Shown here: positions 48,601-62,059 of the stretch, piece by piece
How positions within the stretch are numbered: position 1 is the first letter of the stretch
Layout: each line of letters begins with the position of its first letter
Source of the DNA: Glaucostegus cemiculus
Taxonomy: Eukaryota
Assembly: GCA_976551045.1 (NCBI GenBank)
Contig: CDPCPM010000108.1
Coordinates: 7,068,001-7,132,000, forward strand
Reading direction: 5' to 3'
DNA: 64,000 bases
Notes under the pieces: generated by a model
The model's database searches: none
What the model was told of the DNA's origin: nothing
What the model saw: only the letters and a program-made list of their open reading frames with translations
Position numbers and translations under genes: made by a program

Positions 48601-51600
48601 AGTAGATATTTCTGATGACTGTTTGGGTTTTTAAATATGTATGATTTTCAATGTAATGAAATTTACATCAGAAATGCATAGTTAAAATTGTGCAAATTCA
48701 AAAATGTATCTGTGACAAGTCTAAACTTTTAACTCGAGAATCCAATAGATGAGGACTCCAGCAGAGAACAAAAATCCTATTATTTAAATTTAGAATTTTA
48801 AACACCAAGTGTATGCATTGTTCTTATTAATCCCTACAAATAAAACAAAGAATAGAAACAAACTTCAGTATTACTTGTAAACAATCACTGTCTTACAATT
48901 AACTGAATGCTTTGTTTTGTGATGTAAACTTGGAATTCAAACGTTTCTTTCTTTTTCCAGTACCATTAATTATATTGGCTCTAAACCAGTCAAAATTCAG
49001 GGCATGTTTGTGAGTTTCCAGTGTCAACCTTCTTGTCAGCAGCTGCCCCTGTCCCTGTAACCTCACTACTTTTTATAATGCATGAGAAATCTGTTATTAA
49101 ATAGATACATATGCAATTACATTCAACAAAATGTCCCACTGAAAATAACATTGTAAAAATACAATCTAAAGTATAAATTTATGAATTCTAGTAAAGTAAT
49201 TGAGATCAAACAAGACAAAGTTACCTGCAATCATGCATGTTATCATCACTTTGATTGTAATCTTCTAATTTGTGTGAATTATTTTGTGGTTTATATTTAA
49301 GATATTAGTTTAAAATGAAGCAGCTTGGAATAACCGAATTGCAGCAACTTATTTAATGTGATCAATTTATGAAATCTGATCTTCAGTAATAGCAATTTTC
49401 TGTTTAAATTTTAAAATTATCATTCCTTAAATAGACACCCTACCTAGGGAATCTATAGCACAGTATCAGGCCATTTATTCCACTGGTCTGCAATGGTATT
49501 TGTGTCCCCGGCTGGCCAAAATAGTTAATTTACATTTTTATTCCATAGAATTCTGAAGTCATTGATGCAGGATCATGATTTTGCCAACTTAGGATAAATG
49601 GCAAAAGGAACAAAAAGATGGTAACTTATACATTGCATAATGACATGCACTGCTGAAAAAGTGGTGGAAGCAGATTCTATGCTCCAGAACTAACTGCATC
49701 CAGCCTACTAGCTGGCTGCTACATGCAGTTTCCACCTACCTGCTCTTCTTCCAGATGCAAAAGGTAGTGCGTGATCCACACTGCAAGTTGGCCTCAGGCA
49801 ACACATCCTGCGGCCAAGCACCTGGACTACCGAAGGCTTTCAAAAGCCGTGAAAGGCTTTTTAACATTTTTTGGCTTCTCTTTCATAGTCAGTCTTAAAA
49901 TTTATTAAAGAGGATTTAAATGCTGAGAAGTAAATTAATGCAAATTTAATTGGAACTGCAAATCATTAAAAAAAAACAAAAATAAGTAAAACACCTGCAT
50001 TCTTCCATAGGATTGACAACTCTATTCAAATTAATGATTGTAACTGTTCCTACACCAGCCCGTCAGGCTCAAGTTGAATCTGGGTGTGAACTTATCCACC
50101 AGTGGGCTTATGGCAAATCTAGCAGCAATGGGAAGTCAAATGCATCAGCATCTGACATTTAGGACTTCTGCATTCAGCTACAAAACACAAAAGTCAAGAC
50201 ATCCTGAAGCATAAATGATAAGATTCAGCCCAAATGTACCTTTAAAATAGAATTGGATGCATACTATCCCTTAAAAGGAACACATATAAAACACAATGAA
50301 GAACAGGACTAACTGGATGTTTCTGTTAAAGGGTGGTACAACTAAGATCAGCAGCAATCCATGATATGAAAGGCAGGACTGCTTCATCCAAAGAAGATGC
50401 ATTTTTGGAATAATGTAAAGGCTAATAGAATTGAAAACATTTGGGAAATTTGTAATACAGTTGAACAATGGAAGAATGGGAGAGATGGACTTTACTGGAA
50501 AGTGTGGCCATTTCTCAAACTTAACATTATGCTGTTAAATATATTAGAAACAAATATCTAAAACATCTCAGATCTGAAGCATACGAATTATGGCCCAAGT
50601 AAAGTGTGAGAGAACGAAAACTTGGACACGTAAAATCTTTTCTTCAAATACTTTGATGTTGAACATATATTTAAAATTGGACTAATTCAAAAAAGATATG
50701 CAATCAATTGCCTTTGGAATTGTTTTTATGATACTTTAGATTGTAGATAAAGTCTACTACAGTTTTCTCAAGCAAATTTTCAATTAACTTTTGCTTGATA
50801 TTGACTACATTATAACAAAGGAATTCAAACAGCAACTTGGTTCAGCCAGGGAAAATCCAGAAAATTCTCCCAGTGATTTCTGCTACTGTATGTTATCTAC
50901 CCCAGCAACATCTTCAAAAATAAAATCACTGATGAAAATTGTAAGCATTTACAAAATAATTGTATTGTAAAAAAATGCTGATTATTTTACACTTTATTGT
51001 ACAAGATGAGTTTTTATTGGCAGATGAAGCCATAATTATGGCTTAACAACTGTAATAGCCCTAAAAAGCTGATTTTATATGTATCATGTCATTCCTCATA
51101 ATTTAATAATATTCATTTTTATTTTATTCATTTTAAAATATTACATGTCAGCATCTTAACTCCTTGTCTCTGTATGCATTAGTCTATTAAAAGTTTAAAA
51201 AAATCTCCAGACCCTCTACTAGACACAAACCAACATTAGGAAAGGAGAACTCTGCCCCAAAGAGATCATTAGATCACTGTTATCAGTTCCCTTCAATCTC
51301 AGTGACAAATGTCATTGCTATGCTGCTACCCACAAACATATGCAGGACACAAATAGCTTGTGTGACATTGCCTAAATCTTTCATTAATTACTGCAAATTA
51401 ATATTTTGCAATAATTACCTGGGACCCATGATTAAACTCTTAAGAAGAACCAAGTTAGTCCATAAAGCAAATATGTTATTGAAAATAATGCCAGTTAGTA
51501 TACTGGGAAATATTTATAGTTTCCGTTACAGGTCGGTGAGACTTACAAGTTTAATCACCTTCCTGATGAACTGAACACTTTCAGTTTTCCGATCTATCCG

Positions 51601-53199
51601 AATTAACAATTCATGATATTTCCTGATTAATATTTGGTCTAATGCCATGAATATGCCAAAAGTGCTGGATGGGTGCAATAGTCCGTCCATCAGAAACAGA
51701 CAAAAATAATAAGAGAACTGTCAAAAGAAAGACTATCTAATTGATCTGCAACAAGCTTAATGCTGACAGAGTCTTTAGGGCCAATTTCCATTATTGCTAA
51801 ATACCTTGCTTGATGTTGTAGATACTGTTAGTGGCCTAAAAGTATGAACCAATATAAATGCAATTAGCAAGACTTTACAAACTTGGAGAGACTGATGTCT
51901 TCACAAACTAACCAAACTCTTACTATATGTATAATTTGATCACTGTGGCTCCTGTAGGGAGTCGAACCAGTGTCACAGGCCCAGTTGCTTCACCCTGAGT
52001 GGGGCACTTCCATGGTAGTGTTCTGGAAGATGGAGAATAAAATCTCCCTTATCTGCAGATGCTGTCTTTGCCTTACTCTATAAATTCATCTCCATGTATC
52101 TCTATATCAATTTTGTTTCTCTCTTCCTAATGTTTGTTGTTTTGTTCTCTGTCCTTTTCTAAATATATCTCTTTTTCTTCTTTCTTTTCAGATGGATGGG
52201 CAATGCAAGGTGCAGCATCAATAACTGCAGGATTAATCACAACCTTAAGACACAACAGGTAATTGCAAAATTTAGATTATAATGGGATTTTTCACAACAG
52301 CAGGTTCACAGAAGAGTTTTAAGGAATGTGCAACCGCTAAGTAAAGATGGATTTCAGTATCACTGGATATTTCATATAAAATATATTATTTTTGTCCAAA
52401 TTAAGCCAAAATTGGAAGCCAAAATGACTGGATAATCCACAAATCTTACAAAGACAAACACCCAAAAAGTACTGGTACAAACATTATTAAAAGAAAAATA
52501 ATTCAATGTTTATAAAACATTTTGAAGAATGGAGCAAAACAACTTGTCTAATTAAACCAGTAAGTGCTAGGTATCATACGTTGCCAAGTTTTGTTTTCCA
52601 TTGCACTGAATGGCAGATAGCCAACTAATTAAACTGATCTTGATTTTGAAAGTGTGGAGAAAATGGCATTATGCAGAGAAATTATTTGATTTGGGATAAA
52701 TGGAGAGGCATCTGTTACTTTGATATGCCATTAACCTCCTCTCATTTCCCATTTACCTTAGAACATTCAGACCCACTTCTGGACCAGGATGAAAACCATA
52801 TAGCCCACCCACAGAATCACCCCTCCCACTTCATTTCCTCAAAAAATGCCAAAATATGAATTGGGCAAGCAACAGGATTGACTGGCCATTCTTCCTTGCA
52901 AGTCATTCAGAATTTACTCATAAAATAATAAGAGAATGAAGGCCTTGAGCTCATTCCACCATTTAATTAGATGACAGCTGATCTGATCCTTACTCCATTC
53001 ACCTATCTTTGACCCATAATATGCTTACTGAATGAAATTCTGAATTAATTTAACATAGAGTTAAGTTAAGCTGAACCTTTGGCCGCTATATTCATGCTGA
53101 TTGTCAAGTACCCATCTATACTAATTTATCATCCACAGCTTTTTGATAAAGACATTTCCAGGTTTCCATTATAGGAAAAATGCTTCCTCAAAAAAAAAA

Positions 53200-54230
53200 T
53201 CAGTCAAAAGAAATGCAAAATAGTGCATTTAGGGAAGACATATGAGGCAAGGAAATATACCATACAAGAGGTTAATACTTGGAAGTATGGAAGGATACTT
53301 CCATACAGCAGGCTAAAGAAATTTGGTTTGTCCCCTTTGACTCTCACCAACTTTTTCCGATGCACCATAGAAAGCATCCTATCTGGATGAATCACGGCTT
53401 GGTATGGCAACTGTTCTGTCCAGGTCCGCAAGAAACTGTGAAGAGTTGTGGGCACAGCCCAGTGCATCACAGACACCAGTCTCCCCTCCTTGGACTCCCG
53501 ATCTTTATCTCTCGTTGTTTTGGTGAAGCAGCCAGCATAATCAAAGACCCCACCCACCTGGGACATTCTCTCTTCTCTCCTCTTCCATCGGGTAGAAGAT
53601 ACAGGTGCCTGAGAGCACGTACCACCAGACTTAAGGACAGTTTCTACCCCACTGTGACAAGACTATTGAACAGTTCCTTTATACAATGAGATGGACTATG
53701 ACCTCACAATCTACCTTGTGTGACCTTGCACTTATTGCACTACACTTTCTCTGTAGCTGTGACACTTTCCTCTGTACTGTTATTGTTTTTACCTGTACTA
53801 CATCAATGCACTTTGTACTAACTCAATGTAACTGCACTGTGTAATGAATTGACCTGTATGAGCAGTTTGTAAGACAAACTTTTCACTGTACCTTGGTACA
53901 AATGACAATAATAAACCAATACCAATACCAATAATAGGAGTGCACGTCCAAGTAGTCAGGAAGAAGGCATATTGGATAAGTGCCTTTATTGGCCAAGGCA
54001 TAGAATTTAAGAGCAGGCTGACCATTATGGAACTTCATAAAACATCATTTGGACCACAAATAGTGTACAGTGTATAGATCTGGTCACCATAACACATGCA
54101 AGCTATGATGACATTAAGGTGGGTCGAGAGGGGATTTTCTGGATATTGCAAGGGCTGAGAAAATGTTTATGAATCAGGTCTGACTTTTCTGGGGTTGTTT
54201 TTTTTGGAACAAAGGAGGAGGGTAAAATTA
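53200..54230 (+). mobile_element. Old CR1 fragment split by the Rex1 insertion
   Basis: KKCKIVHLG before the Rex1 copy; after it, KKAYWISAFIGQGIEFKSR and RPQIVYSV*IWSP. Confidence 0.65.
53305..53935 (+). mobile_element. Rex1/Babar LINE 3' fragment, relatively young
   Basis: RLKKFG...LTNFFRCTIESILSG*ITAWYGNC and SIIKDPTHLGHSLFSPLPSGRRYRCLRARTTRLKDSFYPTVTRLLN; tail aataaa followed by (ccaata)3. Confidence 0.92.
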
Positions 54231-54937
54231 GTTACACCAGTTCAAATTTATATGATTATAAAGAATTTCAGATTAATTTATTCAATATTCTATAAATGCA
54301 TAGCAAATGAACAGCTATATATATATTTTCAATTTTAAAATATTTCCTTCAAATGAATGGTTGGGAAATAATTGATCAAGTAAGTTGTGAATCATTCCAC
54401 CCATATTATGTCAATCAATCAAATCCGGAACTGATATTGAAATGGTGGAGTACAGTTGATGGGTAACAGGCCCTGCTCATATTCCTATAATTAGCCAATC
54501 AATTTAATCAATCAAACCAAAAATAAAGAAGTGGGGGAGAATAACATCCCATCCCAGTCTATTTAGAAAGACAAAGTTCAATGTTAAGAAACCTAGTCAT
54601 GCAAAGAAAACTGCTAGTATCACACACAGGTTTAGATAATGCATTAGATCTGGGTGGAGGAATTCCAAAAACATAACTTGAGAGGTTTACCTCAGTACTC
54701 CCGATGTATGTCATTGACACTCAACCAAGGGTATGAGCAAGATGGCTTGAGACCCCTCAAAAAAATGCTCATCCTGTAACAGTAAGGATGCTCATACATG
54801 CTCTTGCAAGAAATTCTTCCACATGCAACTGCACTATAGTATGGTAAAAATTGAGGGTGAGAGAAATGGATGATAAAATACAACTGGCAGGAAATTTTCA
54901 ACAGTTACATGCTGAATAGCCAGCATTGCTTAGATCC

Positions 54938-55004
54938 CTTGCACATTTGTAAGGGAACCCCAAATTTTGCCACTGAATTTGGGGTTCCTTTAAAAATGTG
55001 TAAG
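54938..55004. repeat. 67-nt inverted repeat: 29-bp arms and a 9-nt loop
   Basis: cttgcacatttgtaagggaaccccaaatt-ttgccactg-aatttggggttcctttaaaaatgtgtaag; 26 of 29 Watson-Crick pairs. Confidence 0.9.
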
Positions 55005-58000
55005 TCCCAACCATGATGGTAGCTAGTCTTCATTGAAGCTTTGGTGACTGTACTCTGATGCTGGATTTCTCATGGGTATTAATCATTTCACAATTCTTTT
55101 AATTAACTGGATTTAGTTAAATGTTTTACATTTTTTGATTTTTAAAAATGTTAATGTTTAACATTTTTACATTTGAAATCGTGTGAATGATTATTAACAC
55201 TTTTTGCACTACTGAATGTCAGGAATGTACGAACACTGTTGGAACCAGGATGTCATAATTCTGAGTACTGGCCCTTGATTTGGTTCCTTAGATGCTTCGT
55301 TGTACAGTACATGGATTCCATGCTGGACTGATGTCATAATGACACACACCTGAGCCCCATCAGGGGCCTAGCATAAGTACCTGGGTTTCTCTAGCACTAG
55401 TTGCTAGAGTATTGGTCAATCTTTGGCTTCTTGCTGCTTAGAGTGGTTTTCTCTAGAGCAGTCCTGTGTTCTCTATTCCTGCTTGAAGATTCAGTTTGTG
55501 TTGGGATTACTACTCAGATCTCTGAGGCAATATTCTTTCCAGTTGTTGCCTGTGTTTGGTCCTGAGGAAGTATCCTGACTCCAGGCTTGTACCAGTGTGC
55601 TGCATTTAGGTTCTCTGTGAGCTTGCTCTTCAATCAACATTGTGACACAGGACAGATAGGTTACCACTTGCTCTATAGGTTTGTGGTGAGCATGGGTGGC
55701 TCACTGCTGGCAGCAAATTCCAAAAGGCACTATAAATGTAAGGAGTTTTGTTGTGAATGATGAATAGAAAAGGAGTGATTCAATAACCAGCAATTTATTT
55801 GACAATGGGATGGATTTTAGGTTTCTGACAGTTTGTGGGAAATAAGATTTGGGGATAGGTTCTAATAGCATGAAGGTAAGTGAAGTGTGCACTTCTGACA
55901 GTTGGCCAAAGGCTGTATGTGGTATTGAAGGCATGATGAATTTCATCATCAATGCCTGTGTTCACCAAGGTGCCTCCTGAGATAATGGGAATGGTCCATA
56001 TTTTCCAGGGTCTTGCTGCAAAACTTTATTGTCAGAGGACTACAGGTCTTGAGGATGTTAAATCTTTTCAGATGATTTGGTGAATGAGTTGACAACATAT
56101 AATATTGAACAGTACAGCAGAGGAATAAGCTTTAAACCCACAATATCTGTGCTGACCTTGATGCCACATTAAATTAATCCCATCTGCTTGCACAGTCTAT
56201 ATCCCTCCATTCCCTGTCTGTTCATGTGCCTGACTAAATTCCTCTCTGGGTATATCAACTGCAGTGCATAAATTTAGAAGAGATTGCAGGACAAGAAGGA
56301 AGTGGGAAGTCAGGAAGTATATATTGGAGAATATCATCATGTTCTCTGACTTAAGCCCCTCTTGATGCCACTGACTCAGTAATGGCCTCTCAGCTTAAGT
56401 CAAACACCTCCATAGTGGAGAATGTTAGAATGATGCAGCTTCATACTAGTGTGGGTGTTTGCACCTTTTTCCAACTGGCTAGATTATGCTCCATTTTGTC
56501 CTGCAAGAGAGGGAAGTATGATCATGAATGTTGAGCAATGTGTTTGTGTGATGTCTGTTGTGGATGAATCTCTGGTAATGTGTGCAAGCTCTTCAAGCGT
56601 GAGGCTTGCAGCAGTGCTAAGTATCTGAGAATGTGGTGGAAATCTGGGTTCTTGAGATTAGACTCTAGACAGTGGCCATCTGAGCTCTTTGCTCCCTTAA
56701 GCTTCCAATTATTTGGCATGAACACTACCTGGCTCCTAGACATAGGACATCTGTTTTATTTTGGATCTCTTCTACCAAGGCTTCCAAATTCAAATCCATA
56801 CATCCTACTGTCATTCATTTGTGCCATTCTTCAAAATGTCTCAGATTAGAATAAGTTCCAAAATATCACAGGGCATCTCTTTCAGAGGTGCAGCCTGGCT
56901 TTAAGTAGCTCAAGCTAGCTTTTAATGTTGTGATCTACTCAAAATTTCTTCCCCTTTGGAAGTTAAAATCCAATGTACAGCACAGTTAATGTAACTACAC
57001 ACAGCTGTAAATAAAGCAGGCAGGACAAAGTTGTCCTGCTGCCTGCACTGGAAACAATAGTTGCAGATTCATAGCACATTGTGAAACCCTCATCCAATAT
57101 AGCCCAAATGATTTCCCAGCAGATACACCAAAACATCTTCAATTGTTTGAACTATAGGTTGCCTTTTTAAGTATGATTTATTTAACAAAGCTGTAGAAGA
57201 ACTCTGATAGCTCATTGCTTTGGTGAGTCTTTATCAGTCAGCCTCATTTTATATGGAACAATGTCCCACTAACTTTGAGCTACATTACACAGAAACACTA
57301 AATATAAAAATGTTGATTCTACCATATGATGTAAATTTCTCTCACTCTAAAATTGAATAGTAACAATTCTCAATAGACACAAACAAAGCATTTACATAAA
57401 TTCCTAAGAACTACTAAGGACATAGGAAAGCAATTAATAAAGCATTATTACAAACAAAATGAGGCCAATCAATTTAATTGTTCAAAATACATTTAAAAAT
57501 TATTTTTGGCCATTATTATGGTTTCTCTACTACTGGAAAAAAGAATATTTGTTACATAGTAAATGTTACAGATATTTCAAAGTGCATAAATTAATTCCAT
57601 TTAACTATGCAATAGAATTTTCAGTGCTCAACTTGCTTCCTAATATATTTTCTACAAGCAGTCTGGGCTGTGTGAGAAGCTTGATTTCATTGAGCTTCCT
57701 ACAGTTTTTACTCTGATTAGATTTGATAAGCTACAACCCTTACAAGCTCAGCTTCTACAAGCACCTAAAGCACTCAGAATTTAAAGATTGACACATGACA
57801 GGACTATCAGAAATAACTTACATTCTAGCTGTTCTAAGCCTCTTATTCCTCCATGTCACTTTTCTTCCCTGTTTATAAATGCAAAATTATCAGAGATAAC
57901 TTCTCCAGCTACCTGCTCCCCACTATTCCAACTCAAAGTCAGCTCAAGGCAGCTGAGACCTTTGGTGCACCTCAGCTGTTTCTATATGCTTTGCATCAAG

Positions 58001-58330
58001 ATGATTCTATGATGTTATCTATATCCTTTGCACAAAACACTCCTCTGTTGGTAGGAACACCTGTGCAAGGTGAATCAGTGGAGGAGCAACTGGAGCATAC
58101 ACCATTTAGTCCATTCCATTTTTTTTATCTTAATTTTTTTTCTTTAGTGAGGTAGCATGCTTCCTGCATAATTTTCTTCCATGTACAGAAAGGCATAGAA
58201 TTAGCAGGATGATATCATCTGCCAGAATTTTTGCCAAATTAACTTCCCCTCTCCACAGTGCTAGGTATGCTCTGCATGAAACAGGAATTGTCTATGACGG
58301 ACCGATCCTGGCAGAATTAGGACCTAACAT

Positions 58331-58620
58331 AAATAAGATAAGACAAGATATCTTTATTAGCCACGTGTACATCAAAACACATAGTGAAATGCATCTGTTT
58401 TGCGTAGAGTGTTCTAGGGGCAGCCCGCAAGTATGGCCAACATAGCATGGCCACAACTTCCTAACCTGTATGTCTTTGGAATGTAGGAGGAAACCAGAGC
58501 ACCCGGAGGAAACCCACACAGACATGTGGAGAATGCACAAACTCTTCACAGACAGCAGCGGGAATTGAACCTGGGTCGCTGGCGCTATAATAGTGTTACA
58601 TTAACCGCTACACTACCACA
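58331..58620 (-). mobile_element. V-SINE with tRNA head and Rex1-like tail (same subfamily as 25118-25415)
   Basis: Minus strand: gtagtgtagcggtt A box, ggttcaattcc B box, V domain, tail gtacacgtggctaataaagatatcttgtcttatcttatt; retains CpGs. Confidence 0.87.
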
Positions 58621-59993
58621 TGTTTTTTCCATGGCAATCATCACCAAATGATCAATCACTAATAGCAAAGAGGCAAATTTGAAATTTAAAATCGACATCT
58701 TTTTATGTTCCTCAGCCAACACAGCCAGTCCACAAAGAAAGCAGGATTCTACCATTGCTAGTTTCTTCCAATCAGCTAAAGTAGATGCCACAATGTTACC
58801 AAAAATGTTCAGGTGATAATCCAAAGTATGCAGATAATCCTGGATATTCCTGGAGAAATCCTTTCCAAATCTTTTATATGCACCCCTTCCTTAACTCAGC
58901 AATTCCACCCACCCACACTCTTTCTCCTTGCAATGTGGTGGGAAAGGATCATTCTACATGTTTGGACTAATACAAAATGCAAGATTGACATGATGTTTTA
59001 TTGATTTCCATTCCTTCTTCAAAACACTTAACACTAATATTTCCTGACATGTATTATCTCATATCAAAATTATTAAAACCAGTCACTCCAAACACTTTTA
59101 TATTTTTCTTTAAATATTCAACATTTTATTGATGGATTGAAACCTTGTATGAAATGAGAGAAATGAAAAATGCACTTTTTTTCTCTCAATCTGTACAATG
59201 TGCACATACTTGCACTGAAGGTTATACTACATTTGAAATCTAAAGTTTTAGTTGAAACTAAGATTTGCCGAGAAAAGTATTCTATTTTGTGAAAAAAATG
59301 TGAATTACAGTCTGGTTGATCCCACAAGAAGGGATAATGCTTATGGCCTTGCAATTCTTATATATAAACCACTCTGTTATTTTAAGCACAGTACATACTG
59401 GTGTCAGAGCGTTCATTAAACAATGCATTTGTTTTGAGCTAATTAACCTTTTGTCAGATAAATGGGAAAGATAGGGCCATTTCAAGCTGCAGATCAGTGC
59501 AGCAGCTGACATAAACTGCAGCTACTGAAAGCGGTGCTGGAATACGGATCGACCTTCATTTATATTCTGTTCTGCACATAGGCCACACAATCTTGACCTA
59601 TCCATTTAAGTAATTAAAGCTTCCATTTGGAAACATCCTGCAGGAAGATGTGAAGCTTGGGAGATAAATGTCTGCCTGCTTGATGCATTTAGCTAGTTCC
59701 ATCACTTGATGGACTGTTTTAAATAGCCTGGGTTGCCAGGTCCTCATAAAAATGGAGATGGATTGGCCAGCAGAGAATACTCTCAAAGGAAAGCTGACTC
59801 TCTCATCTCTTTTGCTGGATATAACTTAATTGTTAGCAAGGGTGGGCAGCTGACTCAGGAGACCTGTCATTTTTCTGGCCCCTATTTACTGAGAAACTAC
59901 TCTGTCTGATTAATTTGTAAACTAACCCGATTCGACAATAGGAAATGTTACTTTGAGAGGAGAAGTAAATGTCAAGACTGTACTTCAACTCAC

Positions 59994-60128
59994 CTTCCAG
60001 GCTATTCGATTTCCTTGTGAACCATGTTCCAGGGCAATAGGGAAATCTCCTCGTTTGTAACACTTCCGAAATGCTGTGGGTCCACTGGGTCTCTCTCGGA
60101 AAGATCCTGCAGACGAAGGACCAACCAC
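59994..60128 (-). CDS. PACRG: PACRG internal coding exon (first in window), 135 bp, phase 0-0
   Basis: T-rich tract + ccaag|GTG GTT GGT...TGG AAG|gtgagt; translates [45 protein letters not shown] and joins in frame to VEIEKLDY. Confidence 0.97.
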
Positions 60129-60359
60129 CTTGGAAAAAAATAACAAAAAATAAACAGCTTTTACAGTGATCAAATATAGTGACATAGTCTTCAATCTGTG
60201 ATTAATTTACACAGATTTTCTTCGGTTGTCTGTTTACCGTGCCTTTTTTCCAACAACAATAGTCACACTTGAAAAGTACTTTATTAATTGGGACATAAAC
60301 ACTGCTGTTCAAATGCTGACTTTTTTGTCACTTTTCTATTCTCTCCCTGTTAAGATATC

Positions 60360-60480
60360 CACCATCAGGGACCACCACCATCCAGTAATTCCCTCTTCTC
60401 GATGCAGGAGGTACGGCAGCTTGAAGACTCACACCTCAAGGGTCAACAACAGCTTCTTCCCCATTTCTTGAACTGACCTG
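60360..60480 (+). mobile_element. Small Rex1/Babar fragment
   Basis: IRDHHHP...RRYGSLKTHTSRVNNSFFP. Confidence 0.7.
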
Positions 60481-62059
60481 AAAAACCCTAACACTACCTC
60501 GGATTTCTTTTCCTCTCTCCCGACTTGTAAAATCAATGTATTCTTTATTGAAGGATTGTGTCAAACTCTGCACCATCTGTTACTTATTTTATTCCCAGGT
60601 TACATTGTTCACACTAACTATTTTACAATTAAAAACAATAGAACTCACACAAATTAGTTAAATCCACATTCAATTGAGCATATCAAAAAGGCAGCCAACT
60701 GCACCATGAATATTTATGCAGCAATGTTTAACTGTTTAATCAAAAGGCAGATTGTTCTGTAGTCCAAATTGCCCAAATACAGCATTTAAAGAAAGAAGGG
60801 GGGGGAATGGGAACTTTGATAGCAAATTATGTATTGAGCACTCTCTCCATAGCGACATCGTGCAGTTGGCACTCACTCACAAATCTAGTCCATACTGAGC
60901 ATCACACAATTATTGAATGAGTCACCCTACTAATCGACAGTAAACCTGGTGAGAGTTAAAGGAATGAAAAATCAGTTAATTTTTTTTTTGTGACTGTAAA
61001 TGCATTTGCAGAATTGTTTTTACTAGTTGAAAATGTATTTATTTCATGAGCAAAACATGATAGCAATGATTTTCCAGATCCAATTCACTCCCTCAGAACT
61101 GGCCATTACTTTTGTGAGTCACCTTTGCAATCCCAGAAATGATTTCCATGTCAGGGATGCACATGATGACACCATTTCTCATGCAACTCATTACAAAGGA
61201 ACTTGGAGCATGTTATCATGGAGACACCCATTGTTGTGCACTTCCAGGACAGCATAGTTAGTCCAGCAGCGCTGGCCTGGAAAGCCAGCAAGTTAAACAA
61301 ACTACTTGCCTATATCCTTTGCCACCGTGCATTAAAACTAGCCACCAATGCCTCCATTATCTGTGAGAATTCCTAAGATGCAGCCCTTGAATCTCTCCAG
61401 ATCAAGTGATTCTCTCTGGCCTCTACTCCTCTGCCTGGTTCTGGGCATCTGGTTGTTCTACTCTGCACCCGCACCCTCCACCCAACCCAACATTTACAGA
61501 GCAAAGGCCAATATCAAACTTTTAGTCTCTGATTACTCTCTATGCCCACTTCCTTCCCCTCACTCAACCCCCATAACAAGCTCTGAGTGTATGCTAGAAA
61601 TTTTAGGCAATGGAATGTGTAAAATAAATGTGAAAAATGATGTGCAAAGAACAATTTCAAAAAACAAATTAAGCTGCCTATACAGCAATATAAACAACAA
61701 AAATAAAATGGGTAACTGGAGATTATCATTCCTCTACAGAAACCAGGTATTGGAAGGATAATTGAAACATAGCTGCATAAAGAACCAATTTAAGATTAAA
61801 TATTGCAGTACATAATACAATCTGAAAGAATTGGGAAAGAAAAGGAGATGGTAACTGTACCAATTAAAGATAATATAATGGTGGAGAAAGAGACTTCCAA
61901 TAAATATTTACATATACAAAATCGATGTGGATTTACATGCCCTCTATCAAAGTGTGTGCATCATGTTAAATAGGATAGCTTCAGAACAGGTGTAGTACCT
62001 CAGAACTGGGCAACCATGAGATACTGCGAACAATGAGCTGCAAAATTTTATTGTAACCA

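Noticed and set aside
47850-50230. A-skewed modules (also about 560-760, 16620-16730 and 55080-55210) as one non-autonomous transposon family
   Set aside because: They look alike, but I could not define TIRs, TSDs or an alignment by eye.
55200-56100. Possible minus-strand LINE fragment
   Set aside because: The composition looks coding-derived, but I could not read any diagnostic motif, so it is left uncalled.
57016-57046. Small hairpin gcaggacaa-ag-ttgtcctgc
   Set aside because: Arms of 9 bp are near chance expectation in 64 kb and there is no other support.
58540-58620. tRNA-like sequence (also 25340-25415 and 26881-26950)
   Set aside because: These are SINE heads continuous with V domains, not complete cloverleaf tRNA genes.
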